Assembly (NCBI GenBank): GCA_946965045.2
Contig: OX337238.1
Span: 682,001 to 746,000 of the forward strand
Reading direction: 5' to 3'
Origin: Epithemia pelagica
Lineage: Eukaryota; Protista; Bacillariophyta
DNA: 64,000 bases
The position numbers and the translations under genes were made by a program. Under the pieces are notes generated by a model. The model made no database searches and was not told the DNA's origin. It worked only from the letters and a program-made list of their open reading frames with translations. Shown in pieces: positions 1 to 11,300 of the stretch (position 1 is the first letter of the stretch; every line of letters begins with the position of its first letter).

Positions 1-1
1 A

Positions 2-1714
2 AAAGGGATCCAAAAAGGCTTGCCATGTAGTATTCGTCGTATTGGTCGACGTTGTTGTAGGAGTCGACGCCTCCTCCTCCTCCTCTTGTGGTTGTTCTTG
101 AGTCGTACTGGTACTACTGGTCGATGCGGCAGCCTCCCAGGGATTATCACTGGGATCCACCACGGCCGTCGTCTTGTTGGTATTGGTTGTTGTTGGTGGA
201 ATCCATCCGGCATTGTACAACATGGCATGGGCCAAATCTTCCCGCAACGGTGCCTTGGCTGTGGACAAGCGATAGCCTCGTTGATGCAAGGGCGTCGACG
301 AGGTATCCCACCACACTTGCAATTGATCGTGCACCAAATTCACCACCAAACACAAGAGATTGGAGGGTGGTTTGTGCGAGTTCGGTTGTGGCTTTTTGGC
401 TTTTGCGGTGGTCGTTTGGTGAGAAGAAGACGAAAAGCGAGTTTCCCAATCGTCGTTGTCCTCGTTGTCGTCCTTCCACTCGTGGTGGGCGGCTCGTGCC
501 TCGTCCTTGTCGTCCTTGTCATTCTTGTCATTGTCGTCGGTGGGCGGCAGATACAATTGCACGGGTTCGGGTCGCGGATCAACGTCCGGACCTCCATGGC
601 CCAAGGCTTGATTCATGCCCCGAACGACATGGTCGCGAATGACCCGAATGGACGTGAGTCGACTCCCCTGCGTCGACAAGACGCGAATTCGACAATACAG
701 AGTCTTGTGTAGTTTCGGATGATGGGTCGTCGGTGTTGTTGATGATGATTGCTCCATGTCCATGGGTCGTCGCCACGGCGTGGCGGCCGGACCTTCGAGA
801 CGACTCGTCCCCGGCAAGGGAGACAAGCGGACCGAGGGTGTGACAAAGCCAGCCCACGGAATCAAAATGGCAATTTTGCGGGTCAATTCGCCCAAGGCAC
901 GACAGGTTTCGTGTGGGGGCAACAAACCAATCCAGACATGACTGGCCGATCCCAAGTGCAAATGACACGACAAGATTGTCTTGAGCGTTGTGGGCCAGCC
1001 CTTGAGGGGCACGACACCGGACCGATGCAGCAAGGATGGCGGTCGACCACCCTGCCACGACTGTCGTTGGGAGGAGGACCATGCCTGGGACCGAGGATGC
1101 ACTGGTTTTCCCAAGCGTTCGAGTTGTTGGTGGTGCGCATGGCCAAAGCCCATCGAGGCTTGCATCAAGGCATGGGCCCGAGTCGTATTCGATCGTGGTC
1201 GTCGTCGTTGATGTGGTGGTTGTGGAGAGGTTGCTGTCCCCATGCTGGAGGGTGGTGCCACGTGCGGAATGTCGAGTCGTTTCAATTCTTGACTCACGAC
1301 ACCTTCCAATCCAGGATGACACACCACCACGACTTGTCCTGGACCGGGTGGAAATTTAATCGGCAACACTTGCACGGCATCTTTGGGGGAAAAGTCTTTT
1401 TTGGTAGTATTGTTGTTGGTGGTGGATGGAGAGTGTCGATTTTTTGGTTTGCCGTGTGATGTGGCGAATGGTTTGTTGTGGTTCTTGTGGTTGTGGTTCT
1501 TGTTGTGGTTGTAGGCCTTGGAGGGTGTGGTTCGGACGGAACGAATCGTCATGGTAGAAGTCGCCAGAGGAAGCACGGCAGCACAACGATTCGTCCCTCC
1601 CGTCGTCCAAATCGTACCAGAAGCGATCCATTGGGGATGCGGACCGCAGGACACAATCTGTCGTATTATTCGTGTCGGAGGCGTCCTTGGAAGCATCATG
1701 CGCATCATTCTCAT
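2..1714 (-). CDS. THUMP-domain / RlmL(RlmKL)-like RNA guanine-N2 methyltransferase; 3'-partial (runs off left end); probable organellar presequence
   Basis: Manual translation of the minus frame from ATG 1714 gives no stop to the window edge (so absent from the ORF track). Motifs: VVVCHPGLEGVVSQELKRL (RlmL N-terminus), LHQRGYRLSTAKAPLREDLAHAMLYNAGW, and ...WQAFLDPF at the edge (start of the LDPxCGSGT SAM motif). N-terminus is Arg-rich and lacks acidic residues. Confidence 0.85.
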   Translation of the reverse strand, partial: MRMMRMMLPRTPPTRIIRQIVSCGPHPQWIASGTIWTTGGTNRCAAVLPLATSTMTIRSVRTTPSKAYNHNKNHNHKNHNKPFATSHGKPKNRHSPSTTNNNTTKKDFSPKDAVQVLPIKFPPGPGQVVVVCHPGLEGVVSQELKRLDIPHVAPPSSMGTATSPQPPHQRRRPRSNTTRAHALMQASMGFGHAHHQQLERLGKPVHPRSQAWSSSQRQSWQGGRPPSLLHRSGVVPLKGWPTTLKTILSCHLHLGSASHVWIGLLPPHETCRALGELTRKIAILIPWAGFVTPSVRLSPLPGTSRLEGPAATPWRRPMDMEQSSSTTPTTHHPKLHKTLYCRIRVLSTQGSRLTSIRVIRDHVVRGMNQALGHGGPDVDPRPEPVQLYLPPTDDNDKNDKDDKDEARAAHHEWKDDNEDNDDWETRFSSSSHQTTTAKAKKPQPNSHKPPSNLLCLVVNLVHDQLQVWWDTSSTPLHQRGYRLSTAKAPLREDLAHAMLYNAGWIPPTTTNTNKTTAVVDPSDNPWEAAASTSSTSTTQEQPQEEEEEASTPTTTSTNTTNTTWQAFLDPF

Positions 1715-2127
1715 TCGGTCCAGTGTGAGTTTGCAGTTTAGAGGAGGCAGACGGCTTGTCGCCGATTCCGAACGGCTTGCCACAACAACGAAATCTGAAT
1801 CGAAAATCCCGAAAGTCCAACCAAAGATACTTTTTCATGAATCGCTTTTCAAGCGCTTTTCAATCGCTTTTCTGAAACTGCATTATGGTCGACGGCCAGA
1901 CGGTGGTGTTTAGGTTTTGACGTGAAGCAACATCCGGGCATGCGCGCCGGCAGATCGTGACGGTCAAGATACCACCACCAAGCGAATCCACAGACCAAAG
2001 TCAAGAAACCAGTTAGGAACCAAAGACATGGAAACAGCTGGAGAGTGGTTTGGGAAGCCAAACACAAATCCAGAACCACAGCGGAGCACACTCCTCATTT
2101 TCTTTTGGTTCGGGTGGTGGTAGGAGA

Positions 2128-4970
2128 ATGAATCGGTGTACTTGTTCTTGTCGGTCAGTGGCGTTCCGTCCTCCTCCAACAGCCCTGTCGTTGGACACGT
2201 TGCGTAGTAGCAGTGCTGCTGCGGCTCCGGCAACTGTGGTGGGGACGAAACGAAATGGTCCACGACGACGACCACGGCCGCAATCCACTGCAGCAGCAGC
2301 ACTCGCCCCCATTTCGGGTTTCTCCGCACCGGCCGTGAGAGGAGGATCCTCCTCCTCCTTGTGGAATCCCCAACCGTCACCATTCGTTGGTCCTCGTCCT
2401 CGTGGTATCTCCTCCCTTGCAAGCGGGCGATTCTCCTCAGTTCCATGGTTGTCGACGTCGTTGGTTCGCCGCCGCCAGGCTTCCACCTTTGTCTCGAAAC
2501 ATTATGCCTTGCAGTTGACGGTCGATCAAGTGCAGGCCGTTCTGCCTCCCGGCGCCGTTTGTCAGGAAAACTCGACGCATATTCTCGTCAAGGAGTGTCC
2601 CCTCTGTGGCAAACCGACGCATGGTCGGGCCGACAATCACTTTAAATTGTATATTCAAAAAACGGACGGCGCCTTTTTTTGTCATCGCTGTGGAGCCGGA
2701 GGATCCTGGTACGATTTCAAACAACGACTCCGGGGAACCGCCTATCCGGTGCAATCGATTGGACAAGCGGCCGGATTGGCGCCGCCGACCAACGCATCCT
2801 GGTCCACTAGTAGTAGTCCTGCGGCTGCGGCTCCCACCACCACCACCACCCCACCACCACCCTCCACCAAAGTGCCGTGTTTGCCCATGCCGCATCCCAA
2901 ATTGCCGGGCGTGTATGCGCACAATTTGTGGCAGCAAAAGGCCACAAATGGACCCGTCTACCAGTATTTGGTCCACACCCGGGGCTTGGAGGAAGGCACC
3001 TTGCTCAAATATGGCGTCGGACAAGCCAAGTACAAATTTGTCCATCCCCAGACCAATCAATGGGTCTTTAGCGATTGGTACGTGTGAAAGTGACGTTGGG
3101 AGGTGTGTGTGCGTTGGTCGAGTCTCTCATGTTTTATTGTTGTTTTGTTTTGCTGTTTCGGACTGAAATTGCCGGCAGCGTCACCTTTCCCTGGTTGCTG
3201 AGTGTCACGGATATTAAAGAACAAGAACGATTGCGCGGGGCGGAATTTGTCTGTGAATTGCCCGAATCCACGGTGAAAGCGTCCTCCACAAAGGCATCAT
3301 CCACAAACACCACAAAAGACACGAGTGGCAAGGCTCCCCAAATGGGAGGTGGAGATGATGACGACGACGACGAAGATGATGTTGACGACGACGAAGAAGA
3401 AGAAGAAGGTGACGACGATGATGAAGACGATGATGACGACGACGAAGATGATGATGAAGACGACGACGATGACGATGATGAGGAGGAAGACCCCAAAGCA
3501 GAACAGCGCAGGAAAGAAGACCGCACCTTTTTGTTGCGCCGGATCAAGGTGCGTTCTGTCGAAGAAAAGGGATGGCAACGACTCGATCCCAAGGGAGGAG
3601 GCTGGGGACTCTTTGGCTTTCACACAGTTCCACACGGTGCCACCGAAGTCGTCTTGACGGAAGGAGAGTTTGATGCCATGGCCGTGTGGCAAGCCACACA
3701 CCGACCCGCCATTTCCCTGCCCAATGGATGTCGGTCGTTACCACCCGAAGTCTTGCCTCTGTTGGAACGCTTTCATAAGATTTACCTGTGGATGGACAAT
3801 GACGCTGGCGGCATTGAAGGCGCCGAAAAGTTTGCCAAGAAATTTGGATTGTCCCGTTGTTACATTGTGCGACCCACCTCCACCAATTGTGTGAAACTAA
3901 AGAGTGGAAAAAAGAGCAAACACTTGCCCAAGGACGCGAATGATGCCTTGCGAATGGGATTGGATATTAACAAAATCTTGGATACGGCCGAAGTGACGCC
4001 ACACGAACGGATTGCCACCTTTTCCGAGTTGCGCGAACACGTCTTTGACGAAATCATCAACCCCGACAAGTATTCGGGGGCTGCCCTCACCTCCATGCCA
4101 AATTTCACCAAGATTATCAAGGGCTTTCGACGCGGAGAAATGACCGTCTTGACCGGTCCGACCGGCTCGGGAAAGACCACCTTTCTCTGCCAACAAAGTT
4201 TGGACATGGCCGAACAGGGCATTAACGTGCTCTGGGGAAGTTTTGAAATTAAAAATACTCGATTGGTGCACAAACTCTTGCATCAGTTTGCGCGAAAACC
4301 GCTTCCGCGCGGGGATCCCTCCATGCGAGAAGAACTGGAAGCCATTGGCGATCGCTTTTCCGAACTCCCCATGTACTTTATGAAGTTTCATGGAGGCTCC
4401 GAAATTGACGAAGTCTTGGATACCATGGACTATGCGGTCTATGTCAATGATGTGGAACACATTATTTTGGACAATATGCAGTTTATGGTCTCGCGGGAAA
4501 AGTCGATGAAAAGTTCCTTTAGTAAATTTGATGTTCAAGATGTGGCGATTGAAAGGTTTCGTCGGTTTGCCACGGACAAAAATGTTCACATTACCCTCGT
4601 CGTCCATCCGAAAAAGGAAGAGGGGGAAACCTTGTACATTTCCTCCTTTTATGGATCGGCCAAGGTCACGCAAGAAGCCGATACCGTGTTGATCTTGCAA
4701 CGCGAAGGCAGCAACAAGTACCTGGATGTGAAAAAGAATCGCTTTGATGGGACCTTGGGACGATGCCGGTTACTCTTCAATCCGAAAGATGGCCGCTATT
4801 CGGAACAACTGGCCGAGCTGCCCACGGAGGACCGTAAATCCTCCAAATCCCAATCGTTTCGAGGCGCTCCTCCCCCACCCGACCCGGATACACCCAATGT
4901 CTGGACAGCGCATTTCGCCAAACAAGACTACTCGAATTATGGCGGCGGCGGCGGCAAGTCTTCCTCCTAA
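2128..4970 (+). CDS. TWNK: Twinkle-like organellar primase-helicase; join(2128..3077,3179..4970), ~913 aa
   Basis: Zn-binding CPLC...CHRC; TOPRIM LTEGEFDAMAVWQ and WMDND; Walker A GPTGSGKT; ILDNMQF; LVVHPKK; GSAKVTQEAD; KNRFDG. A GT-AG intron at 3078-3178 restores SDCVTFPW. Arg/Ser-rich presequence. Confidence 0.93.
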
Positions 4971-5196
4971 GACACTCGCGCTACGCAAGCTATAGTTAGT
5001 CGCGAACGATTCCGCTAGTAGAAGTATACGAATAAAGAGAATTGTTCACCAGATTGTTGTACGAGTATAGGTTGTGCGTTGGAAGCTTTTGTTCCATGAC
5101 AAGGAGCCACGGCGCCTGAGGCAATATCTCTCTACTTTATCGGAATGACATGTCTGCGGCGTTCCTTGCAACCTGCTTTTGGCGCACAGTTACACT

Positions 5197-6166
5197 TTAC
5201 TGGTATTCTTCAATGAGTTCTTGAAGCCGTCCTGGATTGGCTCCCATGAGTCGTTCGACAACTTCACCACCCTTGATAAAGACAAAGGTTGGCATGGCGG
5301 ATACATTGTATTCGGCCGCCGTATCCGGATTCTCGTCCACATCCACCTTGAGAAACACCACATTGTCGTAGGATTCGCTCAATTCTTTAAACTATATAGC
5401 ATTCGCCACAGGACACCAAACAAACAACGAAATGGCACGCATCCAGAGAGACACCAAACAACAAAAAATGAGAGGCGCAACAGCAGGGACCGTACCGACA
5501 CACAACTGGCGAAACTCCGGTTGTTGGAAGGATACTCTCTGTCCACAATCAGTCAATGAAACAAGGATTCAAAGGCGCGACTCCAACACATTTCTTGACA
5601 AAAGACATGGCATTTCACCGAATGCCATATATCTTTATGAAAATGCTCGCAAACTCGAAACAACCATGGACGTACCAGAGGTGCAATCATCTTACATGGT
5701 CCACACCATGTCGCTGTTGAGAAAGAACATCAAAGCGTACAACACACAATGAAAAACAGACAGCCAACCAGTCAGAGAGAGAGAGAGAGAGAGTGACCCA
5801 TTCACGTAAAAATCCACAATCGCAGAAGAAGAAGAATGTACCTGTAAAATCAATCACCACCAACTTTTGTTCGCCACCAGCCTTTAACAACAGAGCCTTG
5901 ACGTCATCGAGTGATGCCGGTTCCTCCACAGCACCGCCACGCATACTGAGCACTGAAGGAAGACGTTGACTCACACCAAACAAGCTAGTAGTTGTGGCTG
6001 TAGATTGAGAGGGAACCTGGTGTCGATCATCATCATTATTTGTTCGACAGGATTTGGGGACCGCCGAAGGAGGTTGCAGCGGAGGTGTGGCCTTCACTCC
6101 AATGGTGCATGAGGTCAGAACCAATAATAGCAGACAAACGGAAACACGAGAAACCATGCTGTTCAT
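5197..6166 (-). CDS. Thioredoxin (h-like) with N-terminal signal peptide; complement join(5197..5391,5676..5713,5842..6166), 185 aa
   Basis: GT-AG introns 5841-5714 and 5675-5392 assemble [41 protein letters not shown]...MPTFVFIKGG. Hydrophobic N-terminus, then an S/T-rich linker ending SMRGG. Confidence 0.93.
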
Positions 6167-6575
6167 TCACACACAAGGGCACAACAACAAAACTTATGGT
6201 TCTTGAACAGAATGATGGATGTGTCTGGAGTCTGGACTATGGACACCACAAAAGATGCGTGATGAAAGCGACTTGACCTTATCCGCCGTCCGTCGAACAG
6301 ACGCGTGGCAGTTCGGACTTCGGACCGCAGCACATAGCTCCCCGAACTCCTTGGTAGCTCCTCTAGAGGAGTACTGCCCTAGAGTTTGCAGCCGCACTAT
6401 CATGGGCTAATGCAAGAAGATACTCCTATTAACTGTTCGAACGATCTGTGCTCACATCTAGGAGGCATCATAACTGCGAAATGACAAAAGGGTGGGTGAA
6501 AGATGGAACTCACAATGACTACCCTAAAACTTAACTGCGCCCTTACTTGCGTCTGACATGTGACTTCTTTACTCT

Positions 6576-8105
6576 TTACCCATATGCTTTCTGCCCCAGC
6601 TGTAGGATGGACAAGATCGCTCCCAAAACAGCACCCAAAAAGATGATCAACGGAGACGGCAGATTGTTGGAAAACGATACAAGGCTCGAAGTGAAAACCA
6701 GCACAATCGAGTCAGCGCCTCTCTTGATGGAACTGGAGTAAATATTGACGCATGCGGATCCAATCAATCCAATCGCGGCTGCATTCACGCCGCGGAGAAT
6801 CTTACGGAAACTGGCCGAGTGTCTGAGCTGCGACCAAAATGGCAAGGCCGCCACCAGGAGAATAAAGCCAGGGGAGAACAGGCCCAGATTGGCCGCCAGA
6901 GCGCCTTTCCAACCCGCTTGAAGGGCACCGAGATAAGCGGAAAAATTAAAGAATGGCCCCGGCAACGACTGCGTCAAGCCGACCCCGTTGTAGAAAAGAT
7001 CTCCTGGAATCGTCTCCGGAACCAGCTCCGCTGCAAGCAACGGTACAATGACAGGGCCACCGCCAAAAATTATGGAGCCAGTTCGAAAGTTGATGGCAAA
7101 CAAGCGGAAAAGTGGACTTGTGAATGGTAGAAACGATGCTACCAGAAACAGCACGATCCATATTCCAAACGCCAAGGCACCAGTCCAAAGAGGTAGATGA
7201 TCGAGCATGTTTTGTGGCGGCGCTGTTTGTTTTGTTTTTTGCAGAGCACTGGATTTGGAAGAAGACAATGACGTACGAGTAGCATCTTTCTGCTTTGCCA
7301 GAAGCGTCGCCATACCAGCCATTGCCAACAAGGACGGGTACACAAACTGGGCACTCGTTCGGGGTATTCTCAAGTCCGAGTTGATCAAGATCGCAACCAT
7401 ACAACTGATTGTTGCCAGTACTTGCTGAAGAGAATCCAACGTGTTGACGAATTTGTATCCAGCTTTGAGTGTCAAAGCCAGAGCAGCGGGGGGAATGCCT
7501 CGCATCCAAAACGGAGAACTTTTCCCTTGGTGTTGAACCAGTGCGACTCCTGCCAAGGAGAGGAGTGAAGCACTTGGTACACACCAACAGATCCAGGCCA
7601 CGACACCTCCAAGAATGCCTGCATGCGAAATCGCCGTTGCTATTACCAGTTGCGTGGAGGACGGTCCAGGAAGTCCCTGTGCGACAGAAAACAATTCGAG
7701 AAAAACTTCTTCCGTTAACCACTTCTTTTGAACTGTCAAAACTTCACGTAGAAGGGCCACGTGAGCCGGTGGTCCACCAAAAGATATCAGTCCAAGATAC
7801 CAATATTCTTTCACAACTTCCCACACTCTTTTCGTGGTACTTGTTGACGATAAGAAATGCTCATTACCACCACGAACCAGAAGAGTATCTTTCTCATGAC
7901 AATACTTGTCGTCGGGATCTTTGCTTGTTTCACTTGACGAACCAGATGTAGACTGATCAGTCAGCGATGCCTTTTGATTTCGAGGTCTGAGAGTGGTACT
8001 TTGTCGAGACGATGGCATTGTTTCTAATAACATAGGACGGGCCTCGATACCATGAAGCTGCATTGTCAAGGCGAAGGAAGCAACCGTTCCTAGAAAAGAT
8101 CGCAT
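6576..8105 (-). CDS. chrA: Chromate ion transporter (CHR, long-chain ChrA family), ~509 aa
   Basis: Duplicated CHR motifs LGLISFGGPPAH / AQGLPGPSSTQ and GSIIFGGGPVIVP / TQSLPGPFFNFSAYLG. First true ATG is 8105; the ORF-track start at 8309 is a GTG inside the adjacent element. Confidence 0.9.
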   Translation of the reverse strand: MRSFLGTVASFALTMQLHGIEARPMLLETMPSSRQSTTLRPRNQKASLTDQSTSGSSSETSKDPDDKYCHEKDTLLVRGGNEHFLSSTSTTKRVWEVVKEYWYLGLISFGGPPAHVALLREVLTVQKKWLTEEVFLELFSVAQGLPGPSSTQLVIATAISHAGILGGVVAWICWCVPSASLLSLAGVALVQHQGKSSPFWMRGIPPAALALTLKAGYKFVNTLDSLQQVLATISCMVAILINSDLRIPRTSAQFVYPSLLAMAGMATLLAKQKDATRTSLSSSKSSALQKTKQTAPPQNMLDHLPLWTGALAFGIWIVLFLVASFLPFTSPLFRLFAINFRTGSIIFGGGPVIVPLLAAELVPETIPGDLFYNGVGLTQSLPGPFFNFSAYLGALQAGWKGALAANLGLFSPGFILLVAALPFWSQLRHSASFRKILRGVNAAAIGLIGSACVNIYSSSIKRGADSIVLVFTSSLVSFSNNLPSPLIIFLGAVLGAILSILQLGQKAYG

Positions 8106-8228
8106 CTTGACACTTGACACCAACCTTGGTCGAGGAGGTCTGTTCACCAGATGGTTCAGCAAGTTCCAGCAGAGAGCGAGGAAGAATACGTGCGCTGAAC
8201 AGAGAGCTCTACAATACCCTAAATTGAA

Positions 8229-8264
8229 ACCGCCAAGGCGGTAAAGGACGGCTGAGTTCAGTAT
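8229..8264 (-). repeat. 3' terminal structure of the rolling-circle element: subterminal inverted repeat (8249-8264) plus GC-rich hairpin (8229-8242)
   Basis: ACCGCC-AA-GGCGGT perfect 6-bp stem lies 8 nt from the A-run at 8221-8223. The subTIR pairs with 20777-20792. Confidence 0.8.
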
Positions 8265-8325
8265 CAGTAGTACAGTGGACAGGACTATTCTATTTATCTT
8301 TGGCAGCACTTCCTAGAAATGAAAG

Positions 8326-11300
8326 TTAATTAAGTCTTTCATCGAGCTGAACCGCGGGTGGCGGACGTTTAGTTGTCCGGAAATGTACATGAAACTCTTT
8401 ACATTCAGCAGACATTCCACGACATTTGTCGGCTATAAGTGGTTTTGCAAGGAAAAGGCCTTTGAGCTGGCAAACTGTCGACAAACAAACATAGTTCCAA
8501 TTGCCCGTGTAGTCCCAGTTCGATATGTAAAGAAATTCGATTGATCTCCCTTGTAGCTTATGAACAGTCCTTGCATTGGACACATTGAGAGGAAGCTGCG
8601 TCATTTTCATCGTTTTCCTCACTCGTTTCATGCCAAACATGGGGAGTGGGAACTGCACTTGTTGAGTAACAGTTTGAGGCTTCAAAAGAACAACATGGTT
8701 CTGGTTTCCATCAACCATTTTCACCTTGATTCCCTCGATTTGAGTGACCTTAAGACTCCAAACATAATATCCATCAATCAATATTTTCTCCAAATCAGTT
8801 AATGTCACCCCTTGCTTAAGGAGAACGCCATTGAATTCACACATGGCTCCATTAGCAATACATGACTCAACGTCTTTGTTTTCATTGATACACAACGGTC
8901 TTCTATAATACAGTTTCAAAAGTGGATCATATCTCTTGTTGTCTCGTCCTTGCAAGTGACCCTCACCACAGGTGGCATATAGGATATCTTCACTTGCCTT
9001 GTTGAAATCAACATAGTCATTTCTTGTTCCCGCTTTTTTCCACTTCAAGTTGGACGCTTTGATACAGATTGTGTGCATGGGAGGGTCAACATTAGGATCT
9101 TTTGAATGGGTATTTTCCAGATGTTTAGCAAAAATGGCATCATTGATTGCTGCTCGATCAAGATTAGTTTTCGTTGCATAAACCACATTTGGAGGAATGT
9201 CTTTCTCTGTTGGTCCATGTTTAGATCCAACAACACGAGTATTGATTGTCGCCACATCACCATTGCTTGGTCCCTCATCTCGAAATGTCTCAAGAATTGT
9301 CCCCCATGGTGGATCAAGGCAAAACCTGTGATTTGTCTTAAGTTCAAGGAATGTGTGTTACCATTTCACAAAGTCCTTAAAAAGGGGCTTTGACTGGTTT
9401 CAGTTGTGTGAAATCACCTGCAAAGACAAGAGCAATTCCACCAAAGGCTGCATCCGGCTGCAATATTTGTCGCAATTTGTGATCAAGAGTATCAACGACT
9501 TCTTTTGAGGCAAATGAAATTTCATCAACGATCAACAGATAAGCATTTTTCCATTGCTCTGGTTCCTCGGTAATTGCTCTGTTTAGTGCACAAGCCATAG
9601 CAGTTGTTTCTCCATTTATCCCAACTGCCGCAGCACCTGTAAGAGCAGTAACGACAATAGTTCTCTTGTCATACCTGATGTGGAGGTTGTAGCACAAATT
9701 TTTGGCGTATCGTACAATTGTTTTGATAACGTGGCTTTTCCCAGACCCCCCTGTTCCTGATAGAAATGCAATGAATTGGTTTCCCCTGTTGACTTTTTGC
9801 AATGTCTTTTGAATGTTGTCAAGTTTCTGTCGTTTCCGTGTAGGCATTGCTTCAGGATTTGTATTTGAATTTCGGTTTGCCTCATCATGCAAACGCAATA
9901 TAAAAGCAGAAATGATTGCTTCGAATGCATAGCGCTGATCCATATCGTCTCTGAAATGGTGGGCTGCATATTCGCGTATATTTTTCAATGTTCCAATCGC
10001 TTTGATATCTTGCTGTCCATCACCAGCTGTAATTCTCTCTGTCCGTGAAATTGCCAATTCATGAAGAGCTGCTTTGGTTACATGATGAGAAAAGGACGTT
10101 TCAGGGGTGGACTCAAGACCCACATGTGAAGCTGAGGTGTCTTCCAGGAGCTGTAGAACATTTCCTGTAAAGCCGTTGTCTTCATCTATAACAGGTGTAA
10201 CAATGTTTTGAATGCCACAGTTTGACGTTCCACATTTGCAAATGATACATGATGGAATCTGATAAATGTTGGTTGGCGACCTCAAGTCAAGTCCTGTCTC
10301 ATTCATGTCATTGACCGTCTCAATAAGCTCCTCAAAGGCACTGTCAAAATCTTTGTGAAGAGCACTATCCTCATCATTTTCATTATCATATTCATCATGG
10401 ACACAACAGTTGTCAGTTGGCTTTTGTGTTTCTTTTTCCAGAGGATCCACTGGTCTTCCAGAATTTAGACTGTTCCGACAATCTTGAATATTAGCAAGAA
10501 TTTGCCAATGCTCAGCTGTGATCATTCCACTCCGAAGTGCTGCTTGGAAACATTTAACAAATGAACCATCCTTTGTCAAATCTCCTGGAAAGGATCTGAA
10601 TGAATGGAACAAGATGTTTGCTTTTTTTGCATAAAGTTCCATGTAATGATGTTCCTCGTGCAAGATATCATCCGGCATTTCTTCTGTTTCAATGTTTCAA
10701 TTCCCAAAATATTTGGTGTCAACAAAATCTTTGTAAGTCACAAGTGGTATCTTTGTATGTTTTGCGGCTGTTACACCAAGATGGTCTTTTGAAGGGTGTT
10801 CCTTGATCCATTCCAAGCTTTTTGATGTTTTCCTGGTCACTGTGAAGTTGGACAGAAAATCATACAAACAAACATCTTCAAGTTCTTCTGGGCGGAACAA
10901 GTAATTTGCAACATCTGACGTCAGAAAGGTGTTTCCATCAATCGAATCAAGGGACAAATCTTGCAAGGTTGCTTTTTCAAAATTTTTGAGATTCACATAT
11001 GCAAAATCATGTGAATAACGAAACCTTGAGCCATTATTTCGCACCAAGTAAGAAGCCATCGGTGCACGCATATATGTGCAGAAGTGGACAGCAACATTGC
11101 CCCAATTAATGCCCTCATTCCAGAAGTTTCACGGTCTTGCTCAACTGTCTCAATTTCTGTCGAATTGGTAGTCTGCTCAAGTTCAAGCAATCTTTCCCGC
11201 ATTTTTCGTATCATTTGTTTAGCTGCATTTGTAAACAGTGAACTGTCTTCTTCTTGAGTATTCTTAGAAATGTAACATGTCATATACATGACACTTCCTC

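Noticed and set aside
20-1913. Plus-strand ORFs of 100-240 aa at the left end
   Set aside because: Antisense shadows of the minus-strand methyltransferase gene.
8106-8309. 68-aa N-terminal extension of the chromate transporter in the ORF track
   Set aside because: It starts at GTG and crosses the transposon 3' end; the first ATG with a signal-like sequence is 8105.
8313-8316. CTAG as a canonical Helitron 3' end
   Set aside because: No hairpin upstream of it on the element strand. The hairpin and subTIR lie further out (8229-8264) and fit Helentron-type ends.
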